Source: Acidobacteriota bacterium
Lineage (GTDB): Bacteria > Acidobacteriota > Thermoanaerobaculia > Gp7-AA8
Length of the DNA stretch: 64,000 bases
Reading direction: 5' to 3'
Assembly: GCA_019244185.1 (NCBI GenBank)
Contig: JAFATB010000018.1
Coordinates: 128,001 to 192,000, forward strand
The notes under the pieces are model-generated. The model was given only the letters and a program-made list of their open reading frames with translations, searched no databases and had not been told where the DNA came from. The position numbers and the translations under genes are program-made. Every line of letters begins with the position of its first letter. The stretch's first letter is position 1. This document shows positions 1-15,090 of this stretch, in pieces.

Positions 1-1
1 G

Positions 2-2344
<2,343 letters not shown>

Positions 2345-2365
2345 GGAGCGGCGGAGAGCCGCGTC

Positions 2366-3397
2366 TCAGGCTCGCTCGAGCAATCGCACGAGCCGGAGGA
2401 AGTTCGTCACGGTCTTCGCAGCGTCGAACGCCGGTCGTTGGGAGTACGTGAGGAATGCGTTGATCTCTTCGGCGACGGGGTGCTGCAGGGGCTCCGGGAG
2501 CGCGCCCACGGCGACCGTGTTCCCGGTGACGCGCAGGCCGATCGCCGTGAGGTCGGCGACGAGTGCTGCGCGACGAGCAACTGCGGTGGCCGCGAGCGTG
2601 CCACAACACCGGAGGTTGCTGACCGCCAATTCGCTCAATGGCTGCGCGCTCAGGGAGAAGGGGTCGGCGTAGGAGTTGATGTCGCTTGCCGACATGCCGA
2701 TCGCCATCAGAAAATTTCGAAGAACGCGCGGCAATGCGCGCTCGGGCGGCTCCGCCCCCGCCAGCTCGACGTAGACCGCCGCCGGAGCCTCGGCCGCAGC
2801 CGCTCCGCCTGGGCCTGCGCCATGCGCTGGCCCGCGCGGGGCAGAGCTGAAGCAACTGGTGATTGCCTTCCACAGCCAGCCGCAGAGTGGCTGTACAGGT
2901 TCGGCGGATCCACGCGCCACGTGCGGCCGGATCGCCGGCGCATGCATGGACCATCTCTGCGCCATCCGCTCCGCTTCGGCTTCGAGCATCTGATCCTGAA
3001 CGATCGCCGTCCCGGATCCGAATGGGTTGCGTACGCGTCCGGTGCGTTGCTGCACGACGTGCGCGAGCTCGTGCACGAGGATCTGTGGGCCGCGCGACGC
3101 GAATGCATGCGAACCGTGCGAAGTCACATGAATCTGCGATCCCTGCGTGAACGCAATCGCGCCCATGGCGGCCGCTTGGGGACACGCATGGACGCGGACG
3201 TCGCTGAAGCCGGCGCCGAAGAACGACTCCATGGCCTGGCGCACAGTGCCGGGCAGGAACATGCCGGCGCCGCAGTGATGAACGAAGTTCCCACCGAGCT
3301 TCGTGGCCGTGCCGTTCTGCAGGCGCTGAATGGTGGCGTTGTGTTGCTGCCGCAGCCCATGAGGGAAGAACCCCTGAAGCACCGTTCCGGCCTGCAT
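2366..3397 (-). CDS. DUF4157 (eCIS core domain) protein with unknown C-terminal cargo
   Basis: LPGTVRQAMESFFGAGFSDVRVH...AFTQGSQIH...HELAHVVQQR...LEAEAER matches the DUF4157 pattern. TATACT lies 6 nt upstream of the ATG. Confidence 0.85.
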   Translation of the reverse strand: MQAGTVLQGFFPHGLRQQHNATIQRLQNGTATKLGGNFVHHCGAGMFLPGTVRQAMESFFGAGFSDVRVHACPQAAAMGAIAFTQGSQIHVTSHGSHAFASRGPQILVHELAHVVQQRTGRVRNPFGSGTAIVQDQMLEAEAERMAQRWSMHAPAIRPHVARGSAEPVQPLCGWLWKAITSCFSSAPRGPAHGAGPGGAAAAEAPAAVYVELAGAEPPERALPRVLRNFLMAIGMSASDINSYADPFSLSAQPLSELAVSNLRCCGTLAATAVARRAALVADLTAIGLRVTGNTVAVGALPEPLQHPVAEEINAFLTYSQRPAFDAAKTVTNFLRLVRLLERA

Positions 3398-3458
3398 GAA
3401 AAAAGTATAGGAGCATGGGCCGGCGAACGCGAATTCGCGACATCCGGCACCGTCGCGC

Positions 3459-3776
3459 TTACCAGTACGTGGTCGTCACGGTGCAGTCGCCCGTGACGAC
3501 CGCCTGACACGCCATCCGCTCGCCGGCGGCAAATCGGTTCGCGGCGCCGAAGCGTAGCTCGATCGACGTCGGGGCGCTGAGCGCCTCGCTGCCTTCGACG
3601 ACGCGCACTTTGCAGCGCGTGCAGACGCCGACGCCGCCGCAGGAGTTGCCGAGGGGGGCGCCGGCGCGGCGGGCGACGTCGAGGACGGATTCGTTCGCGA
3701 GGGCAGCTGCGGTGATGCCGAGGGGCGCGAACGTCACGAGTCTTGACGGGCTGTTCACCGCGAATTCATCGGACAA
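3459..3776 (-). CDS. 2Fe-2S ferredoxin-type protein
   Basis: CGGVGVCTRC...RMACQ cysteine motif. TTG start is uncertain. Confidence 0.85.
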   Translation of the reverse strand: MSDEFAVNSPSRLVTFAPLGITAAALANESVLDVARRAGAPLGNSCGGVGVCTRCKVRVVEGSEALSAPTSIELRFGAANRFAAGERMACQAVVTGDCTVTTTYW

Positions 3777-3813
3777 AAGAAAACTTTCGACCGTTTCCGA
3801 CGTCTATTACAGC

Positions 3814-4155
3814 ATGAACACCCAGACACTGAACCAGACGGACAGCATCGACGAAACGCGCATTGCCGAAGCGATCGTGAGCGTGCTTCCCGACGGGGTC
3901 GTGCGCGAGCTGTCGGGCGAGCGCCGCTCGATCCGCTTCGCCGTGCGCGCGGCGGGTCTCAAGCTGCGGACGATCGTGCTGAGCCGCGCCTCGCTGCGCA
4001 AGCTCATCGCCGATCCCGCGCGCGACGTGAAGATCGAGTACCTGCAGCGCGACCTCGCCGCGACGGCCGTGCGTCGCTGCGAATACCGCTACCCGCGCGT
4101 GACGCGCGTCCCGGCCTTTCAGGCGGCGGCGCGGCCGTTCGCCTTCGCTGGCTGA
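3814..4155 (+). CDS. Hypothetical protein (113 aa)
   Basis: ATG at 3814 (MNTQTLNQTD) avoids overlap with the ferredoxin. Codon usage is host-like. No recognisable motif. Confidence 0.65.
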   Translation: MNTQTLNQTDSIDETRIAEAIVSVLPDGVVRELSGERRSIRFAVRAAGLKLRTIVLSRASLRKLIADPARDVKIEYLQRDLAATAVRRCEYRYPRVTRVPAFQAAARPFAFAG

Positions 4156-4209
4156 CGATTCGACGGTCGGCCTCTTGCTTTTCCGTCGATTCGACGCCAT
4201 ATTGCGAAT

Positions 4210-4704
4210 ATGGCTGTCGAGTTGGATGAGCTGGACCTTCGCATCGTCAACCTGCTTCTCCGCGACGCGCGCACTCCCGCCGCGCAGATCGCCGAGCAGA
4301 TCGGCCTCTCCCGCCCTGCCGTCGCCGACCGTCTCGACAAGCTCGAACGGCAGGGCGTGATCCGCGGCACGACCGCGGTCGTCGATCCCGTGGCGCTGGG
4401 ACGCACGATCACCGCGTTCATCTCCGCGCGCGCGACGACGCTCGGCACCGCCGCGTGGAAGAAGTTCCGCGAAGTCATGCAGCGCGACGAGGTGCTCGAA
4501 GTGCACACCGTCGCCGGCGACGACTGCTATCTGATGAAGGTCCGCGCGGAGTCGATCGGCGCGCTGAACACGCTCGTGCAGCAGCTCACGACCCCGCCGC
4601 TCTCGCTCTCCACGCGCACGACCATTGTGATGGAAACGCATTGCGAGAAGGTCGGCGGCATCAACCTCGGCGGCGCCACGGCGGCGAAGGAGGCCACCCG
4701 ATGA
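4210..4704 (+). CDS. Lrp/AsnC family transcriptional regulator
   Basis: LDELDLRIVNLLLRDAR...IAEQIGLSRPAVADRLDKLERQGVIRG HTH; C-terminal RAM domain (VAGDDCYLMKV). Confidence 0.93.
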   Translation: MAVELDELDLRIVNLLLRDARTPAAQIAEQIGLSRPAVADRLDKLERQGVIRGTTAVVDPVALGRTITAFISARATTLGTAAWKKFREVMQRDEVLEVHTVAGDDCYLMKVRAESIGALNTLVQQLTTPPLSLSTRTTIVMETHCEKVGGINLGGATAAKEATR

Positions 4705-5639
4705 ACCACGGACGCGGACTCGCTTACGCGGCCTTCGCCACGGTCTGCATCGTCTGGGGCACGACGTATCTCGCCATCCGCATCGGCCTCGAGACGATTC
4801 CGCCGCTGCTGCTCACCGGCTTCCGTTACACCGCGGCCGGATTGCTGCTGTTCACGATCGCGCTCGTGCGGCGCACGCCGATCCCGCGCGACCGGCGGAC
4901 GCTCGTCAACCTCGCCGTGTGCGGCTTCCTCATGGTCGGTCTGGGCAACCTCGCGGTGGTGTGGTCCGAGCAGTGGGTGCCGAGCGGACTCGCGGCGCTC
5001 CTCGTCGCCACGGCGCCGTTCTGGATGGCCATCATCGAGATGTTCCGCCGCGACGGCGAACGTCTCAACACGCGCGGCGTGATCGGCACGCTCATCGGCT
5101 TCGGCGGCGTGGCGCTGCTCGTCACTCCGAAAGGCTCCGGCGGTGCGTGGAGCACGGCGTTCCTCGTCGGCGCGCTCGTGATCCAGGTCGGCTCGCTCGG
5201 CTGGCAGCTCGGCTCGTTCCAGAGCAAGTACCACCTCAAGCACGTGCCGCTGCTCGCCTCCGCCGCGCTGCAGATGCTCTTCGGCGGCGTCATCGTGACG
5301 ATCGTCGGATTCGCGATCGGCGAATGGCCGCAGTTCGTCCTCACCCCGCGCACGTTCGCCGCGCTCGCGTACCTCACGCTCGTCGGCTCCGTCATCGCGT
5401 ACAGCGCGTACGTCTACGCGCTCGCGCACATGCGCACCACGCACACCTCGCTCTACGCGTACGTCAACCCCGTCGTGGCCGTCTTCCTCGGCTGGCTGAT
5501 TCTCCACGAGCCGCTGACGTGGCTGTCGATCGCCGCGATGGTGGTGATCCTCGCCGGCGTCGCGCTCGTGCAGTCGTCGTCGTGGACGCGCGCGCCGCGC
5601 GTCGCGGCGGCGGTGGAGACGGAGCAGCGTGCGGCGTAG
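4701..5639 (+). CDS. EamA/DMT family transporter (YedA-like)
   Basis: IVWGTTYLAIR and YAYVNPVVAVFLG motifs, about 10 TM segments. ATGA overlap with the Lrp stop. Confidence 0.92.
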   Translation: MNHGRGLAYAAFATVCIVWGTTYLAIRIGLETIPPLLLTGFRYTAAGLLLFTIALVRRTPIPRDRRTLVNLAVCGFLMVGLGNLAVVWSEQWVPSGLAALLVATAPFWMAIIEMFRRDGERLNTRGVIGTLIGFGGVALLVTPKGSGGAWSTAFLVGALVIQVGSLGWQLGSFQSKYHLKHVPLLASAALQMLFGGVIVTIVGFAIGEWPQFVLTPRTFAALAYLTLVGSVIAYSAYVYALAHMRTTHTSLYAYVNPVVAVFLGWLILHEPLTWLSIAAMVVILAGVALVQSSSWTRAPRVAAAVETEQRAA

Positions 5640-5719
5640 CGGAGCGACGCCACGGGCGACGTCGCCCGCCGCGCGTCTCGAAAGACGTCGTGCACAACAT
5701 CGTTAGGTAGACTGCGCAC

Positions 5720-7177
5720 ATGACCTCCACCGCGATCCCCGCCCCTGCCACGACAGACAAGAACCGCACGCTGCGCGTCGGCGTCCTCGCCGGAGTCGGA
5801 ACGCTCGATCCGCGCGAGCTGGGGGACACGATCACCGGGCTCGTGCTCGGCCAGATTTTCGAGACGGCGTACCGCGTCACGCCGGCCGGCACCATCGAGC
5901 CGCATCTCTTCGCCGAGCTGCTTCGCGAAGACCGTGCAGGGTCAGAGCCTGTCTATTCAGCGGCCGTGCGCGAGGGGATCGTCTTCTCCGACGGGACTCC
6001 GCTCACCGCGCAGCTCGCCGCCGCGTCACTGGCGAAGGCAGGCGCTCTTCGCGGCCGCGCCACGGTCTCGGTCCGCGACGGCCGGGTGCAATTCGCGATG
6101 ACCGGTCCGAGCCCGCGATTCGAAAACGTCCTGACGCAGTGGAACTGCGGAATCGTCCTCGAGAAGGGCGGCACGCTGTACGGCACGGGTCCGTATCGCT
6201 TTCCGGCGGCGGTGTCGATGTATGCGCTGCGCGACGCGCGTGAGATGCGCCTGGTGCGCAATCCGAGCTATCACGGGAAGGCGAATGCGGATGAACTGAT
6301 CTTCGCCATTTATCCGCCGGACGCGGACGGCACGCCGGCGGCACTCATTGCCGCCGCGAAACAGGGGCAGTTCGACGTGACGCTTCACCTCGCCGCCCAC
6401 GATCTCATCCGCCACGCCATCTCCGGCTATCAGCCGATGATGCAGCCCGGCAACTCCACCGGGTTCATCTTCCTCAATTGCGAAAAGCCTATGTTCCGCG
6501 ACGCGTCGCTGCGCCGAGCATTTCGCGACGCGGTCGACCCGGTACCGATCGCGGAGATCAATTACGAGAAGAATCACTTCGCGTTTCTCGCGCGCGACAT
6601 CATCCCGCTCGTCATGGCCAAACCGGCCGGCATTACTCCGACACGCGACCGCGAGCTGTTGCGCAACCATCCGGCCAAGCCGGCGCGCATTCAGGCCGTG
6701 ATGCCATGGACGCCTCGACCCTACCTCCCGAAACCGCTCGCCTCGGCGCAGGAGATCGTCCGTCAGCTCGCCGGCTATGGCATCGACCTGCAATTGAAGC
6801 GGCCGCGGAACAGCGAAGAGACGTTTCACATCCTGGCGAACGGCGACTACGACATCGGCATCGGCGGCTGGGTTGCGGACAATCCCGATCCGACCGAGTT
6901 CTACGAATCGCTGCTGTCGTCGGCGCAGGTCTCGCGCAATGGCCAGTACCTTTCGAACCTGGCGCGCTGGAGCGACCCGGCGACGGACGCCGCGCTGGCC
7001 GCACTGCGCGTGAACCCGTCTGCCGCAAACCGCAAAGTGGTCACCGATCTCATCGAATCGCAAGCGATGATGGTGCCGCTGATCTACGGCGCATCCACCG
7101 CCATTCGCGCGCGCAAAGTGCGTGATTTTCACATCACGCCTTCGGGACACGTCTCGTTTGCGGACGTCGTGTTCTGA
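5720..7177 (+). CDS. Family 5 (peptide/nickel-type) solute-binding protein-like; no signal peptide
   Basis: TLDP, VREGIVFSDGTPLTA, GTGPY, LVRNPSYHG and GWVADNPDP motifs. Confidence 0.8.
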   Translation: MTSTAIPAPATTDKNRTLRVGVLAGVGTLDPRELGDTITGLVLGQIFETAYRVTPAGTIEPHLFAELLREDRAGSEPVYSAAVREGIVFSDGTPLTAQLAAASLAKAGALRGRATVSVRDGRVQFAMTGPSPRFENVLTQWNCGIVLEKGGTLYGTGPYRFPAAVSMYALRDAREMRLVRNPSYHGKANADELIFAIYPPDADGTPAALIAAAKQGQFDVTLHLAAHDLIRHAISGYQPMMQPGNSTGFIFLNCEKPMFRDASLRRAFRDAVDPVPIAEINYEKNHFAFLARDIIPLVMAKPAGITPTRDRELLRNHPAKPARIQAVMPWTPRPYLPKPLASAQEIVRQLAGYGIDLQLKRPRNSEETFHILANGDYDIGIGGWVADNPDPTEFYESLLSSAQVSRNGQYLSNLARWSDPATDAALAALRVNPSAANRKVVTDLIESQAMMVPLIYGASTAIRARKVRDFHITPSGHVSFADVVF

Positions 7178-7234
7178 GGGGATGTCGCCGGTGAACCGGC
7201 GCAAGGACGCGGGTCGCCTGTGGCGAGCGCCGTC

Positions 7235-8386
7235 TTATGCGTCGCGCCGGTCGGATTCCGTCTTGCGGTGACGGGGCAGACGTACGGTGAAGGCCGTGCC
7301 GGTGTCGTCCGAGGTCACGGCAATCGTTCCACCGTGCGCGATGACGATCTGCCGGGCGATGTACAGGCCGAGGCCGACACCGCGGCGGTGCGTCGATGCG
7401 CCCTCCGGGGCGCGGACAAACGGATCGAAAATCGTTGGCAGCGCTGACCGCGGGATCGGAGTGCCCTCATTGCCGACGACCAGAAGAACGTCGGATTCAT
7501 CGCCTCGTGCCGACACTTCAACGGGTGTTGTATCCGCACCGTATTGCACCGCATTCGCAACGAGGTTCGACACGACTTGCCGCAGCCGCGCCGCATCCCA
7601 TTCTCCGGATGTCGCGCCGGACGATTCGAAGCGCAGCGGCCGGTGCGGATAGGCCGCGCGAAACTCGTCCAGCACGTTGCGGCAAAGCTCCTGAAGGTCG
7701 ACGGGTGCGGCCGACACGGGCATTCCGCCGCCGAGGCGCGTGCGGGTGAAATCGAGCAGATCGTGGATCATCTCGGTCATCACCTTCGCGAAGCCCGACA
7801 TCTGCGACGCGATGCGCGTGTTCTCGTCATCGAGTTGCCCCGATCGCGCCAGCAGTCCCGATGAGACGACGATGGCATTGAGCGGGTTGCGCAGGTCGTG
7901 TCCCAGCGTGGCGAGAAAGAGCTCGCGGGACTCGTCGACGCGGTGCGTGTAGCTCTTCACCGCTTCCGCGAGCGATTGGTCCATCGACTCGTTGAAGCGG
8001 GTCACGTCGTGGAGATCGTGCTCGTCGGCGGTGCGGACGCTTTCGCCCCACAGGCGGAGGACGCTGGCGCGCAGTGCGCGATATTCGGAGACGACCTCCA
8101 AAAGGTCGAATCCCGAGCCGAGCCGCGCTAGCGCGTGCTCGTTGGATGCTCGATCGAGTCCGGCGCTTTCCGTTCCGCCGCCGCCGTACCCTTTCGATTT
8201 ATCGGCCTGCTGTTCCGCGGTCTGCGAGGAGACCATGTCCCGTGCCGCGACGCGGAGGATGTCTTCGGCGTGATCGCGAAGAGCGATGACATCCATGGCC
8301 GCGCCGGGAGCGAGACTCCGCGCGAACTTTTCCCATTCGGCGAGGATCGGTTCGATGTTTGTGAGGATGAAGTCGGCCAGGCGCAT
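7235..8386 (-). CDS. Cytoplasmic sensor histidine kinase (RsbRD_N-like N-terminus, HisKA, HATPase_c)
   Basis: MRLADFILTNIEPILAEWEKFARS start; H-box LGHDLRNPL; N-box NLVANAVQY; G2 GVGLGLYI. Confidence 0.9.
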   Translation of the reverse strand: MRLADFILTNIEPILAEWEKFARSLAPGAAMDVIALRDHAEDILRVAARDMVSSQTAEQQADKSKGYGGGGTESAGLDRASNEHALARLGSGFDLLEVVSEYRALRASVLRLWGESVRTADEHDLHDVTRFNESMDQSLAEAVKSYTHRVDESRELFLATLGHDLRNPLNAIVVSSGLLARSGQLDDENTRIASQMSGFAKVMTEMIHDLLDFTRTRLGGGMPVSAAPVDLQELCRNVLDEFRAAYPHRPLRFESSGATSGEWDAARLRQVVSNLVANAVQYGADTTPVEVSARGDESDVLLVVGNEGTPIPRSALPTIFDPFVRAPEGASTHRRGVGLGLYIARQIVIAHGGTIAVTSDDTGTAFTVRLPRHRKTESDRRDA

Positions 8387-8477
8387 GAATGAGCGGGGTT
8401 CAGCATACTTGAGCGCGCGATCGAATTCATTATCCGCGGCGCTCGATCGCTTTGGATTCGAGTGCCGACGCCCCTCG

Positions 8478-9434
8478 TCATCCCGCGCAACGCGCTTTCG
8501 CGGCGTCGCTGCGCAGCACATCGACGTAGTAGCCCATCAGCGAGCGCGTGAACTTTTCGTCGGCGTCGCTGAGGGGGCGGATGGCGGCGGTCCAGTCGTC
8601 GATGCAGCGTTGTTTCTCGTTCGTGCTGGCGGCGCACGAGACGAGGGCGTGATACGCGGACTGATACGCGGTGAACTGCTTGCGCGTCATGGGCGCTCCG
8701 TGGCCGGGGATGACGAGGTCGAAGTCGAGGGCGGCGAGGCGGTCGAGCGACTCGCCCCAGCGCGACGGGCAGGCGGTGTCGAGGAACGGGGCGGGGAGCG
8801 TGATGAGATCGCCGGAGACGAGGACGGAGCGGCTTTCGTCGAAGAGCCAGACGTCGCCGGCGGTGACGCTGTTCGTTTCGAGGCCGACGCGCAGCGTGCG
8901 TCCGGCGATCGTGCGCGGGCCGGAGCTGGTGATGACGACGTCCGGCGCGAGCTTGGTGCCGAGGTCGATCAGGTGGACTTCGGATTCATAGGCTGTGCGC
9001 TGATCGGCGTCCTGCGTCTCGGGGATCACGCCCTGCAATTGCTTTTTGTAATTCGCGAGGAAGCCGGTGAGCGCGCCGTTCAAGGCGTTGCTCGCGTAGA
9101 CGTGCACGTTCGGATACGCGTCGCGGATCATGGCGTTGCCGCCGATGTGATCGAGGTGCCAGTGCGAGTTGACGACGGCGGCGATGGGGCGGTTGCGCTG
9201 TTTCGCGAAATCGAGGATCGCCTGCGTATGCGCGACGTGGCGTCCCGTGTCGACGACGATCAGGCCATCGGTGCCGTCGAACACGATCGTGTTGCCGTCG
9301 GGCTGATGTCCGGGCGTGAACGTGCCGCGCAGCAGCCAGATGCCGGGAACGACCTCGTGCACCTGCGCGGCGGCACTCGACGCGAGTGCGCCGGCAACGA
9401 CGAAAGCGGCAAAGACGAAAGCGAGTCTGCGCAT
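8478..9434 (-). CDS. Secreted MBL-fold metallo-hydrolase
   Basis: Signal peptide (MRRLAFVFAAFVVAGALASSAAA), NSHWHLDH, SGD and IPGHG motifs. TATGAT lies 7 nt upstream of this ATG. Confidence 0.88.
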   Translation of the reverse strand: MRRLAFVFAAFVVAGALASSAAAQVHEVVPGIWLLRGTFTPGHQPDGNTIVFDGTDGLIVVDTGRHVAHTQAILDFAKQRNRPIAAVVNSHWHLDHIGGNAMIRDAYPNVHVYASNALNGALTGFLANYKKQLQGVIPETQDADQRTAYESEVHLIDLGTKLAPDVVITSSGPRTIAGRTLRVGLETNSVTAGDVWLFDESRSVLVSGDLITLPAPFLDTACPSRWGESLDRLAALDFDLVIPGHGAPMTRKQFTAYQSAYHALVSCAASTNEKQRCIDDWTAAIRPLSDADEKFTRSLMGYYVDVLRSDAAKARCAG

Positions 9435-9582
9435 GCGCCGGATCATACGCAGCGCACGCGCGTCCGCCGCGCGCCGTGACAGGAACGTTGCGTGGGCGAC
9501 ACCCGCGCAGTAACGCCAAAGCCGGCGATGCGCGCAACGCCTGAAGAAGCCTGGGGCGACCCGCGCAGCCGGCCGGGCCGGC

Positions 9583-10500
9583 TCAGCCGTCGCGCCGGAT
9601 CGTCTCGAGGATCTCCGCGATCTTCGCTTCCGCGTCCGCGAGCGGCAGCTGACACGTGCCCGCGCCGCGATGGCCGCCGCCGCCGTAGCGCGACATCAGC
9701 TCGCCGACGTCGGTGCGCGAGGTGCGGTTGAAGATGCTGTGGCCGACGGCGCAGACGACGAACTCGCCCTTGCGCCCGTCGAACACGCGCACCTGGATGT
9801 TCGCCTTCGGGAACATCGTGTACACGAGAAAACGGTTGCCGACCGGCAGCTCGCCGGCGCCGCGCAGATCGGTGAAGATGAGGTTCCCGTCGACGGTCGA
9901 ACGCTCGCGCAGCACGCGCTCGAACTCGGCGGTCTGCGCGAAGTAGCGGTCGATGCGCTCCTTCACGTCCGGATCGGCGAGCACGATGTCGGGATCGTTC
10001 GGATGCTGCGCGATGAGGTCGATCATCTTCATCATCAGCTCGCGATTGCTGATGCGATAGCCGTGGTGGTACGCGAGTCCGGTGCGCGGATCCATGACGT
10101 ACGAGAGGAGGATCCAGCCGCGCGGATGCGTGACGTCTTCGACGTCGAGCTTCGCGGAGTCGGACTTGTCGACGGCGACGAGGAGCGACTCGTACTTGCC
10201 GAGCTTCGCGGCGCCGTAGTGATTGAAGACGACGCGCGCGGCGGACGGCGCGATCTCGAAGCGGCCGCGGTACGCGACCGTGTCCTCGTTGCGCGCGATC
10301 TCGCTGGAGTGATGGTCGAACCAGAGGCCGACGCCCTGCACGTACGGCAGGTTCGTGAGAATATCGTGGCGGCCGACGCGCACCTTGCCGTCCTGCACGT
10401 CCTTGGGATGGACGAACTCGACCTCGTCCACGTCCTCGACTTCACGCAGGAGCACCGCGCAGGCCAGGCCGTCAAAGTCGGAGCGCGTGATGAGACGCAT
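9583..10500 (-). CDS. DHH/DHHA1 family phosphoesterase (exopolyphosphatase/nanoRNase-like)
   Basis: MRLITRSDFDG, WFDHH and GGGGHRGAGT motifs. GAGGAG RBS upstream. Confidence 0.88.
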   Translation of the reverse strand: MRLITRSDFDGLACAVLLREVEDVDEVEFVHPKDVQDGKVRVGRHDILTNLPYVQGVGLWFDHHSSEIARNEDTVAYRGRFEIAPSAARVVFNHYGAAKLGKYESLLVAVDKSDSAKLDVEDVTHPRGWILLSYVMDPRTGLAYHHGYRISNRELMMKMIDLIAQHPNDPDIVLADPDVKERIDRYFAQTAEFERVLRERSTVDGNLIFTDLRGAGELPVGNRFLVYTMFPKANIQVRVFDGRKGEFVVCAVGHSIFNRTSRTDVGELMSRYGGGGHRGAGTCQLPLADAEAKIAEILETIRRDG

Positions 10501-11242
10501 GTTCGAAACTCCTCTCGCGAAAGTCGCGGGGATTCTAGCAGTGACCGCCGCCGCGGTTTTCGCGATCCAGCTGTACTCCGCGCCGCGTCCCGGCGACGCG
10601 CCGGTCGTGCTCGAGCTCTTCACCTCGCAAGGCTGTTCGAGCTGCCCTCCGGCGGACGAGCTGCTGCGCACGCTGGCAAACGATGCGTCGCTCCGCGGCC
10701 ACGTGATCCCGCTCGCGTTCCACGTCGACTACTGGAACTCCCTCGGCTGGCGCGATCCGTTCTCGGCGCACGAGTGGTCGCAGCGCCAGGGCGACTACGT
10801 GCGCGCGCTGCACGCCGCCAGCGCGTACACGCCGCAGATGGTCGTCGACGGCGCGCGGCAGTTCGTCGGCTCGAGCTCGTTCGAGATCCGCCGCGCGATC
10901 GGCGAGGAGTCGCACCGCGCCATCGCCGGCACGATTGCGCTGACGCGCGACAAGGACGGCGTCGTCGTGCGCGCCTCGTCGCCGCATGCGAACACCGACG
11001 TGATCGTCGTCGCCTACGAAAACGGTGCGACGACGAACGTGACGCGCGGCGAGAACGGCGGCCGCACGCTGCGGAACGACGGCATCGTGCGCACGCTCGT
11101 GCGCGCGGCGACGCTCGACGGCACGCGCGCCGCGGAGACCCGCGTCGCGATCGAGCCGCAGTATGAAGTCGCGGCGTTTCTGCAGGACCGCGCCACGAAG
11201 AAGATCGACGCGGCCGCCAGCCTCGGCGCGGCGCGGCACTGA
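10499..11242 (+). CDS. DUF1223 thioredoxin-like exported protein
   Basis: VLELFTSQGCSSCPPAD, FHVDYWN..GWRDPFS, YTPQMVVDG and RGENGGRTL motifs. The start may be ATG 10499 or GTG 10541. Confidence 0.85.
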   Translation: MFETPLAKVAGILAVTAAAVFAIQLYSAPRPGDAPVVLELFTSQGCSSCPPADELLRTLANDASLRGHVIPLAFHVDYWNSLGWRDPFSAHEWSQRQGDYVRALHAASAYTPQMVVDGARQFVGSSSFEIRRAIGEESHRAIAGTIALTRDKDGVVVRASSPHANTDVIVVAYENGATTNVTRGENGGRTLRNDGIVRTLVRAATLDGTRAAETRVAIEPQYEVAAFLQDRATKKIDAAASLGAARH

Positions 11243-11298
11243 TTCGTCGCGATTCGCTCTTCTCGTCGCGCGCGCAATGCGATAATCGCCCTCTCTCC

Positions 11299-15089
<3,791 letters not shown>

Positions 15090-15090
<1 letters not shown>

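Noticed and set aside
8478-9434. MBL-fold protein (and the S12 hydrolase at 54221) as bona fide beta-lactamases
   Set aside because: Only fold-level motifs are visible. Both superfamilies are mostly non-resistance hydrolases.
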